Source: an uncultured Candidatus Saccharibacteria bacterium
Lineage (GTDB): Bacteria; Patescibacteriota; Minisyncoccia; Ryanbacterales; HO2-45-13
Direction of reading: 5' to 3'
Assembly: GCA_964360995.1 (NCBI GenBank)
Contig: CAYHYZ010000004.1
Location: 1 to 41,532, forward strand
Length of the DNA: 41,532 bases
The notes under the pieces were generated by a model. It had not been told where the DNA came from. It did not search any database and saw only the letters and a list, made by a program, of their open reading frames with translations. Position 1 is the stretch's first letter. Each line of letters starts with the position of its first letter. The position numbers and the translations under genes were made by a program. Below are positions 25,972 through 32,821 of the stretch, piece after piece.

Positions 25972-27557
25972 AGTATACGAGTTACAAAGTATGTATTTTG
26001 GCTGCGAGGGTCGAACATTCAATGCAAAAGCTGACACATAGCATCAATAAAGCAATTCTTCCGGTAAATTTTAAAGCTGTTATATCACATATTATTGAAA
26101 AGTTTCCTGCAGAAATTGAACTGGTGGTTGCTTTGGGCCACAAAAAAGATACCATAGTGGATTACCTCACTCTTGCACACCCAAATCGAAAATTTACTTT
26201 TGTTGAAATTAATAATATTGCCGAACCAAGAACTAATAATGGTTGCGCGCTACTGCAATGCAGGCCCAATCTCCAATGCCCATTTATTTTTTGCACTACA
26301 GATACTTTCGTACTGGAAGAGGTTCCCGCGCCAGAGTATAACTGGCTTGGAGTCGGACCGGAAGAGAGCTCCGAACTGTTCAGTACTGTGAAAATACGGG
26401 ACAAACGTATCTATCAGATTGACAACGAGACAAAAGATAATAATGAATTCGGCTTCATCGGCTTAGCTGGCATTAAAGATTATGAAAAGTTCTTTGAAGG
26501 ATTGTCGAAAAGCATAGAAGACACAAAAGGCGCGATCCATATATTTAATGGACTAAGACATTTAATCGAATACGATCTCTCCCCAATTGCGTTTACTTGG
26601 CATAATACACACACCTTAGAAGCCTATACCAAAACAAATAAGCTCTTCAGTGGAGAAAATAAATTTAATTTCAGTAAGGGTAGTGGCGACGAATTCTTGT
26701 ACTTTGTTGGAAACAAAGTTATTAAATTTTTTGCTGATAAAACCATTACGGAGAATCGACATGAGCGGGCCCAAAAATATTTAAATGATCTTTGCCCAAA
26801 AATTGATCCTCGAAAAGGTAATTTTTATTCTTACAATAAAATAGAAGGACAAGTGTTTTATGATGTACTCGATCGCCAAATGGTTATTGATTTCTTAGAA
26901 TGGGCAAGAACTCATCTATGGAAACAAATAAACCTTACCGAAGAAGCAAGGCGGGAATACGCCGAGGCTTGCGAAGAATTTTATGTAAACAAAACCAAGA
27001 AACGCATACAGAAATTTTACGATAAAACAGGTATCACAGATACCACAACTTTTATCAACGGTATATCGGTACCACCACTTTATGAACTTTTTAAAAAAAT
27101 AAATTGGCTCCATGTAAAGGACGGAACCCCGAGTAACTTCCATGGTGATCTTCAGTTCGACAACATTCTTTTTATAAAAGACGCCGTGGACAAAAAAAAT
27201 AAGTTTCTTCTTCTTGATTGGAGACAGGATTTTGCGGGGCTAGTCAGTCACGGGGACATGTATTATGACTTGGCAAAGCTCTATGGGGGCACGCTAGTCT
27301 CTTATAAGCTTATTAAAGAAGCGATGTTTTCTTTTGATATGTCGGATAATATTGTCCACTATAACTATTTCATTAAAAATGATCTTAACGAAGCGAGAGA
27401 AGAATTCGAATATTTTTTAAAAAAGCACGACTTCGACATAAAAAAAGTGAAAATTATTACTGCGCTTATTTTCCTTAATATGTCGCCCTTACATGAAGAA
27501 CCATTCGATAAACTTCTTTACTTCATGGGGAGAAGTATGCTGAGTAGACTTATATGA
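25968..27557 (+). CDS. Fusion protein: N-terminal nucleotidyltransferase-like domain (degenerate G-loop) plus C-terminal APH/choline-kinase-like kinase domain
   Basis: The N-terminal ~235 aa are paralogous to the NTase at 28745 (shared LQCPF[IV]F, NW[LI]G, IGL.GI.DY). The C-terminal domain has the catalytic loop FHGDLQFDNILF..FLLLDWRQDF. The start forms an ATGA overlap with the upstream gene. Confidence 0.7.
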   Translation: MKYTSYKVCILAARVEHSMQKLTHSINKAILPVNFKAVISHIIEKFPAEIELVVALGHKKDTIVDYLTLAHPNRKFTFVEINNIAEPRTNNGCALLQCRPNLQCPFIFCTTDTFVLEEVPAPEYNWLGVGPEESSELFSTVKIRDKRIYQIDNETKDNNEFGFIGLAGIKDYEKFFEGLSKSIEDTKGAIHIFNGLRHLIEYDLSPIAFTWHNTHTLEAYTKTNKLFSGENKFNFSKGSGDEFLYFVGNKVIKFFADKTITENRHERAQKYLNDLCPKIDPRKGNFYSYNKIEGQVFYDVLDRQMVIDFLEWARTHLWKQINLTEEARREYAEACEEFYVNKTKKRIQKFYDKTGITDTTTFINGISVPPLYELFKKINWLHVKDGTPSNFHGDLQFDNILFIKDAVDKKNKFLLLDWRQDFAGLVSHGDMYYDLAKLYGGTLVSYKLIKEAMFSFDMSDNIVHYNYFIKNDLNEAREEFEYFLKKHDFDIKKVKIITALIFLNMSPLHEEPFDKLLYFMGRSMLSRLI

Positions 27558-28324
27558 AGGAAGGAGTATTTAATGTACTATCAGGTGATACATCACCACA
27601 CCCAATGTTACGAGAAAAAACAATTTTAATAACAGGCTCCTCGAAGGGTATTGGGGCAGTAACTGCAAGGCTCGCTAAAAATTATGGCGCCAATGTCATC
27701 CTTCACGGCAGAACTGAATCTGCAAACTTAAAAAAACTCTCACGAGAGCTCAATGCTCCATATATTTTTTGCGATGTCGGTGATGAAGGCAGTGTAAAGG
27801 CAGCGCTGGAAAAATTTCCAAAAATAGATGTATTAATAAACAATGCTGGCATCAGCATCTCTAAACCCTTCCAGGAACTCACAAGTCAAGAATGGCTCGA
27901 GACATTTAATACCAACGTGCTTGGTGCGGTTCATTTTTCAAAAACGGTTATCCCACAGATGATCAGACAAAAAGGAGGAAAAATAATACACATATCCTCA
28001 ATCAAGGGCCTCCCAAATACGGCAGGTCGGGCTGCTTTTGCTTCCTCAAAAGCCGCGCTTATTACTATGACTGCAAGTATGGCAAGAGAGCTCGCTGAGT
28101 ATAATATTCTAGTAAACTGCGTCGCTCCGGGATTTACGGAGACGGAGACAGCAACATCGGTTTGGACTAGTAGAATATATAATCAAATTAAAGAAACTCC
28201 CATTGGTAGAGCTGCTCGGCCTGAAGAAATCGCGGAGGTAATTTTATTTCTCGCCAGTGATAAGTCGAGCTATATTACTGGACAGACTATTATTGTTGAC
28301 GGTGGATACAGTATTTCTGGTTAA
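27554..28324 (+). CDS. Classical short-chain dehydrogenase/reductase (FabG-like) with Phe in place of the catalytic Tyr
   Basis: The motifs TGSSKGIG, NNAGI, ISSIKG and VNCVAPGF are present. The Y-x3-K motif reads F-A-S-S-K (AAFASSKAAL). Confidence 0.8.
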   Translation: MKEGVFNVLSGDTSPHPMLREKTILITGSSKGIGAVTARLAKNYGANVILHGRTESANLKKLSRELNAPYIFCDVGDEGSVKAALEKFPKIDVLINNAGISISKPFQELTSQEWLETFNTNVLGAVHFSKTVIPQMIRQKGGKIIHISSIKGLPNTAGRAAFASSKAALITMTASMARELAEYNILVNCVAPGFTETETATSVWTSRIYNQIKETPIGRAARPEEIAEVILFLASDKSSYITGQTIIVDGGYSISG

Positions 28325-28368
28325 ATAGTAGCATCAGTAAAATACATTAATGTGGGTTTACAAATCAC

Positions 28369-28758
28369 ATGAAACATAAAACTCCAAAAACGGTCATAAA
28401 GCCTTGGGGCAAAGAAATTTGGCTAGAGCTCAATGATAAGTATTGTTATAAGCGAATCTACATCAATGCAGGCACTAAAACGAGCTATCAATACCACAAC
28501 CAAAAGTTGGAAACCAATTACATTATCGACGGCGAAGCTGAAGTGTGGCTTGAAAATGATCATGGCGTCGTAGAAAAACAAAAAATGAAAAAAGATGACT
28601 TCTTCAACGTCGCACCCTTAAAGAAACACCGCATTATTGCAATTACAGATATCATTCTTCAGGAAGTTTCAACTCCTGAAGTAGATGATGTAATTAGAAT
28701 TGAGGACGATACAAATCGTCCGGATGGTCGAATCAATAGTGAACATGGAACAGTATAA
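28369..28758 (+). CDS. Stand-alone PMI-type cupin (type II mannose-6-phosphate isomerase C-terminal-domain-like)
   Basis: The 129-aa protein reads KPWGKEIWLELNDKYCYKRIYINAGTKTSYQYHNQKLETNYIIDGEAEVWLEN..APLKKHRIIA..LQEVSTPEVDD. This matches the rPWG..vK.i.v.pG..lS.Q.H..R.E pattern of ManC-type cupins. Confidence 0.7.
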   Translation: MKHKTPKTVIKPWGKEIWLELNDKYCYKRIYINAGTKTSYQYHNQKLETNYIIDGEAEVWLENDHGVVEKQKMKKDDFFNVAPLKKHRIIAITDIILQEVSTPEVDDVIRIEDDTNRPDGRINSEHGTV

Positions 28759-29473
28759 GGTACTATTGCCAACCTCGGGCACTGGTTCGCGGCTCAAAGA
28801 AATAACTGCAAACACCAATAAAGCATTGCTGTCTCTTCATGGTAAGCCCACCATTACTTACATAATCGATTCCTATCCCCAAGAGGTAACTTTTGTCGTT
28901 ACGCTTGGTTATTTAGGCAACAGCGTAAAAACATTTCTTGAAACAAATTACCCCGATAGGCAATTTGAATTTGTGTGGGTTGATAAATATAAAGGTCCTG
29001 GAAGCAGCCTTGGGTACTCGATACTGAAAGCTCAAAAAGAGTTGCAATGCCCGTTTGTTTTTCATGCCTGCGATGGAATATTTATAGAAAAAATACCGCC
29101 ACCTGATCATAATTGGATTGGAGGATTTGTAGAAGATTGGGATAGAAGCATTCTTGCCCTTGCTGAATATCGCTCACATCGTATGAATGATGGAAACATT
29201 GTGTCATTTATCGAACGGGGAGTACCGGGTTTTGATTCACTTCATATAGGATTGGACGGTATTAGAGATTACAAACTCTGGTGGCAAGTACTTGAAGAAG
29301 TCGTTCACAACGACCCTCACAACACTCAAATATCCGACGTGCCAATCCTTGATTTAATGATGAAACGCGGTGCTAAATTTTCATGGATTCCTTTTAAAGT
29401 GTGGCTCGATATAGGAAATCTCCCAGGACTCACACGAGCAAAAGAATACTTATCTGAAAAAGAAATGATATGA
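28745..29473 (+). CDS. Sugar-phosphate nucleotidyltransferase (canonical G-loop)
   Basis: The start is taken at ATG 28745 (MEQYKVLLPTSGTGSRLKEITANTNKALLSL), a 14-nt overlap with the cupin gene. The G-x-G-x-R signature is intact. Nucleotide and sugar specificity cannot be called. Confidence 0.75.
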   Translation: MEQYKVLLPTSGTGSRLKEITANTNKALLSLHGKPTITYIIDSYPQEVTFVVTLGYLGNSVKTFLETNYPDRQFEFVWVDKYKGPGSSLGYSILKAQKELQCPFVFHACDGIFIEKIPPPDHNWIGGFVEDWDRSILALAEYRSHRMNDGNIVSFIERGVPGFDSLHIGLDGIRDYKLWWQVLEEVVHNDPHNTQISDVPILDLMMKRGAKFSWIPFKVWLDIGNLPGLTRAKEYLSEKEMI

Positions 29474-30618
29474 AACAATCTAACGACTGCACTATTCGGG
29501 ATAAAAGTTTGCTGAAAGAAACGGCAAAGCTTGAACATCTTTTTACTTTTAAAGATTTCCCCGTATTCATGGGCTGTGTCGACACACCTCAAAGCGAAGA
29601 TATTGTTGCAGATATGATTTGGGATATTTGCAAAGACACGGGCATCATTCAGCTGCGAGAATTACTTCCACTTGAAATACTCTATCTTGGACAACATAAC
29701 GATGGAATTGGAGTAATTTGGCATGGACTCTACAAGCAATTCGCAGAATTTATCTATCAACAATCCCCCGGTAAACATATACTTGAAATTGGTGGTGCGA
29801 ATGACGCCATTGCAAAGTATTTTTTGGAACGCGATGCTAGTGTATCATGGACCATTGTCGAACCACATCCAGATTTTGTGAGTGATCCGCGCATACGAGT
29901 TGTAAGATCATGGTTTGATGAAGATTTTTCAATTGACGAAGAAGTAGATACTATTATCCACTCGCATGTGTTTGAACATACGTATGACCCTGTCGCATTC
30001 CTTACACATATTAATCACTTTCTAAAACCTGGGAAAAGGCATATTTTTACTTTCCCGAATATGCTTCCGATGCTAGAGCATAAATTTACCAACTGTCTCA
30101 ATTTCGAACATACCGCTTTCCTCACCGAAGATATTATAGAATACCTACTAACAACCATTGGATTCGAAATTGTTGCTAAAGAATATTATGGTGATCCACA
30201 TAGTATTCTGTATTCAACAATTAAACGTCAGGCGCCAAGCGCTCCCCCATCATTACCAAATCACTACAAAGAATACAAAAAAATATTCATGGAATTTATT
30301 TCCTACCACAACAATATGGTGAGCGACCTTAATAATAAAATACACGCGGAAATACTACCGATCTATCTTTTCGGTGCGCATATTTTTTCACAGTATTTAA
30401 TTCAATTCGGACTTAAAACCAAAAAGATCGTCTCAATTCTTGATAATAGTCCGCAAAAAAACGGAAAACGCCTGTATGGTACGAATCTTTTGGTCGCTTC
30501 TCCAAAAATACTCAGAGATAAAGGACGAGTTATCGTTATTCTAAAAGCCGGTATCTATAACGAGGAGATTAAAAAAGACATCCTGGAGAATATAAACAGC
30601 GAGGTAGAGTTTTGGTAA
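29470..30618 (+). CDS. SAM-dependent methyltransferase of the NDP-sugar C-methyltransferase type (TylCIII-like, with C-methyltransferase C-terminal domain)
   Basis: The segments ..ICKDTGIIQLRELLPLEILY.., SAM motif ILEIGGANDAIAKYF and IHSHVFEHTYDP are present. The C-terminal Rossmann-like part is PIYLFGAHIFSQYLIQFG..ILDNSPQKNGKRLYGTN. The N-terminal four-Cys zinc site usual in this family is absent. Confidence 0.6.
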   Translation: MKQSNDCTIRDKSLLKETAKLEHLFTFKDFPVFMGCVDTPQSEDIVADMIWDICKDTGIIQLRELLPLEILYLGQHNDGIGVIWHGLYKQFAEFIYQQSPGKHILEIGGANDAIAKYFLERDASVSWTIVEPHPDFVSDPRIRVVRSWFDEDFSIDEEVDTIIHSHVFEHTYDPVAFLTHINHFLKPGKRHIFTFPNMLPMLEHKFTNCLNFEHTAFLTEDIIEYLLTTIGFEIVAKEYYGDPHSILYSTIKRQAPSAPPSLPNHYKEYKKIFMEFISYHNNMVSDLNNKIHAEILPIYLFGAHIFSQYLIQFGLKTKKIVSILDNSPQKNGKRLYGTNLLVASPKILRDKGRVIVILKAGIYNEEIKKDILENINSEVEFW

Positions 30619-30704
30619 AATGAAGTCCTTCATGCACTTGCTCGAAACATTTTCTCACGTTGGAGCGTGAACCAACATACGATCGTGAGGGATTTCCTAT
30701 ACGG

Positions 30705-30743
30705 AAGAAAAAATTGAGTGCGTTGCCGCTCGGCAACGCACTC
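30705..30743 (-). terminator. Strong rho-independent terminator between convergent operons (T-tract on the minus-strand side)
   Basis: The hairpin GAGTGCGTTGCC-gctc-GGCAACGCACTC (30716-30743) is a perfect 12-bp stem. On the minus-strand sense it is followed by AATTTTTT. It lies 28 nt beyond the stop of the 30771..31400 gene. Confidence 0.7.
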
Positions 30744-30770
30744 AAGATACTAAAACTCTTTTCCCGGGAA

Positions 30771-31400
30771 TTACACGCGGTATATCCCTGGCTTCCACGG
30801 GATTTCTCCGGAGGAATCTCCGAATAGGCCCATGGCCGCGCAGAGAAACTGAAAGTAGATATGGGTTCCGGAATTTCCGTATCTGCCGAAAATCTCCGGC
30901 CAACTCATCCACCCAATCTCTTCAAGGGACCCATTCCCTTCCCCCCGCTTCTTCGCGAGACTCATATCTACAGCATAAACATGAGCAATGAAGGGCACTT
31001 CTGGTTCGGCCGGCCTGTCTTCGATGATGAGCTCATGCTCACCTGCTTCGACGTGCGACCAATTGAGCGCCGGTCCGGCGGTACCAATGATTCTGATGCC
31101 TCTCGGATCCACATCGTAACCAATTTTTTCAGCAATGGATCTTACAACTGCGTCACGTGGAGTATCATCCTTACCGGGAAGAATGTGACCACCCCCGGGA
31201 TTCGATGTTGTGCACGCCGGCGGCTTTGCAACCGACAACGCACCCTTCAGGCGCCGACAAACGAGAACCTCAGGAAGACCTTGTGTTACGGATCGGAACA
31301 AAACGGGCTCGACAACGGGAAATGCTGTCGGTCCCCAGTTTTTCATTCCTTCCCGCTGTTTGGAACCATCAAGACCGTCGAAACCACGAAACTTGCCCAT
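30771..31400 (-). CDS. Hypothetical protein, possibly a Nudix-fold protein with a degenerate Nudix box
   Basis: The start is taken at ATG 31400, preceded by GGGAGG with a 4-nt spacer (the track start at 31418 is TTG). The segment ..GGGHILPGKDDTPRDAVVRSIAEKIGY.. loosely fits G-x5-E-x7-REUxEExGU, but two Glu positions are S and K. Coding status is supported by its own promoter, SD and terminator; the function is weakly supported. Confidence 0.5.
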   Translation of the reverse strand: MGKFRGFDGLDGSKQREGMKNWGPTAFPVVEPVLFRSVTQGLPEVLVCRRLKGALSVAKPPACTTSNPGGGHILPGKDDTPRDAVVRSIAEKIGYDVDPRGIRIIGTAGPALNWSHVEAGEHELIIEDRPAEPEVPFIAHVYAVDMSLAKKRGEGNGSLEEIGWMSWPEIFGRYGNSGTHIYFQFLCAAMGLFGDSSGEIPWKPGIYRV

Positions 31401-31433
31401 AAAACCTCCCAAGAACAAATGAACAACGTGCGC

Positions 31434-31462
31434 ATAGTAACAGACAGGTCCTGTTCTGTCAA
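31434..31462 (-). promoter_or_regulatory. Near-consensus sigma-70-like promoter for the 30771..31400 gene, with a palindrome in the spacer
   Basis: The minus-sense sequence is TTGACA, a 17-nt spacer, then TACTAT. The spacer contains ACAGG-n-CCTGT (31444-31454). The -10 element lies 33 nt upstream of the ATG. Confidence 0.5.
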
Positions 31463-31479
31463 TACTGCGCGAGGCGAAT

Positions 31480-32058
31480 TCAAATGACGCCCTTTCCCAG
31501 ATCGGGATTCTCGATAAATGCGTAGGTGAGAATATTACAAATGGTCATTTGCACATCCTCGACGCGGCCATAATGCGTTTCATTTATCGCAATGACATGT
31601 TTGGCAATGTCTGCTATCCTCCCCCGCTTTGCCCCTACAAGCGCAATTGTTTCGAGACCGTTGTCTATCGCCCATTCGAACGCCTTCACGCAGTTCGGCG
31701 AGTTACCGCTTACACTGATCCCAAAAACAATATCTCCGGATACCGCATAATTCTTAAGCTGACCAACGAACACATCTTCATACGAGTAGTCGTTCGCGAG
31801 CGCTGTTATCCAACTGACATTATCATTGAGAGAAAGTATTTTAAAACACTTGCCAACTTTCATAGATGCTGACTTTCCAAGTACTGTCGCAAAGTGAGAG
31901 GCGTTTGACGCGCTACCTCCATTGCCAAATACGAAAATATTTTTATTCTTCTCGAGTGCATTACGTAATTTCTCAATCAATACAACCACAACATCGACGG
32001 GTATGGAATCGTAAGCATTTTTTTGAGCACGAATATAATCAGCGACCCATTGTTTCAT
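31480..32058 (-). CDS. gmhA: D-sedoheptulose-7-phosphate isomerase (phosphoheptose isomerase, SIS domain)
   Basis: The 192-aa protein reads ..IFVFGNGGSASNASHFATVLGK.., ..GDIVFGISVSGNSPNCVKA.., ..ALVGAKRGRIADIA... This matches the GmhA SIS pattern. Confidence 0.85.
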   Translation of the reverse strand: MKQWVADYIRAQKNAYDSIPVDVVVVLIEKLRNALEKNKNIFVFGNGGSASNASHFATVLGKSASMKVGKCFKILSLNDNVSWITALANDYSYEDVFVGQLKNYAVSGDIVFGISVSGNSPNCVKAFEWAIDNGLETIALVGAKRGRIADIAKHVIAINETHYGRVEDVQMTICNILTYAFIENPDLGKGVI

Positions 32059-32112
32059 ATCTATTCAGGCAATTAGAATTATAATTTAACATTTTAAATT
32101 TTTTTGTTCAAC

Positions 32113-32140
32113 TTGTTTAAGACGACCGGTAAGGTATACT
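32113..32140 (+). promoter_or_regulatory. Sigma-70-like promoter immediately upstream of hddC (possible leaderless transcript)
   Basis: The sequence is TTGTTT (32113-32118), a 16-nt spacer, then TATACT (32135-32140). The ATG at 32147 lies only 6 nt after the -10 box, and there is no SD. Confidence 0.35.
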
Positions 32141-32146
32141 TATTCG

Positions 32147-32821
32147 ATGAAACTCGTAATTCTGGCGGCTGGGGAGGGTGTGCGCATGAGGCCGCTGACC
32201 TATACAGTACCGAAGCCCCTTTTGTGCTATCGAAATAAGACAGCACTTGACCATCTCTTTGACGCTCTGCCTGATGCCATAGACGAAGTCTCTATTATTG
32301 TTCAGTATTTACATGAACATATACGCTCATATTGTGGTAGTGTTTTTCATGGTAAAACTATTCACTATATTGAAGGTGAAAAAACAGGCAATGCATTGGG
32401 ATTTATGAAGAGCAGAAAATTCATTGATGATGGCGAACGTTTTGCAGTCGCGTATGCTGACGATGTGCTCACCAAAAAAGAAGTACTGGACTGCTTGTCA
32501 TACGAATTTTCTTGGCTGTATTATATTATCGCAAACCCAAAGAACGTGGGAGTACTAGAAGTCGATCAACATAACATCGTGAGTAACCTCATTGAAAAGC
32601 CCGAGAACCCCACTTCGAATTTAGTTGCAGATGGATTTATGGTGGTGAATTCCGATATTTTCGCATATACACCCATGCTTCACCCGAACGGAGAATATTA
32701 TTTCTCCGACCTTATGGCTCAATTTTGCAAAGACCATAAGGTGGTGGCTGTTGCGGGTGACCCAAAACATTCTCAATTAACAAGCCCGCAAGACATTGAA
32801 CGGTTAAATACACTGCCATGA
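32147..32821 (+). CDS. hddC: Sugar-1-phosphate nucleotidyltransferase, by context D-glycero-alpha-D-manno-heptose-1-phosphate guanylyltransferase
   Basis: MKLVILAAGEGVRMRPLTYTVPKPLL is a canonical NTase signature. The 224-aa gene is translationally coupled to hddA and gmhB. The NTase fold is secure; the heptose/GTP specificity is inferred from the neighbourhood. Confidence 0.7.
   Translation: MKLVILAAGEGVRMRPLTYTVPKPLLCYRNKTALDHLFDALPDAIDEVSIIVQYLHEHIRSYCGSVFHGKTIHYIEGEKTGNALGFMKSRKFIDDGERFAVAYADDVLTKKEVLDCLSYEFSWLYYIIANPKNVGVLEVDQHNIVSNLIEKPENPTSNLVADGFMVVNSDIFAYTPMLHPNGEYYFSDLMAQFCKDHKVVAVAGDPKHSQLTSPQDIERLNTLP

Noticed and set aside
30619-30704. Small hairpins after the C-methyltransferase stop (ATGAAG-tcc-CTTCAT; CTCACG..GTTGG-n8-CCAAC..CGTGAG) as a possible sRNA or tRNA-like element
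   Set aside because: The stems are short (5-6 bp), no T-tract or conserved motif is recognisable, and the region lies between convergent genes, where incidental structure is common.
30861-31487. A 208-aa plus-strand ORF, plus the 31157..31402 and 31210..31422 ORFs, in the high-GC segment
   Set aside because: They are antisense shadows of the minus-strand gene, which has a consensus promoter, a GGGAGG SD and a terminator. The plus-strand translation is Arg/Pro/Thr-rich low complexity with no recognisable motif. Long shadow ORFs are expected at this GC content.
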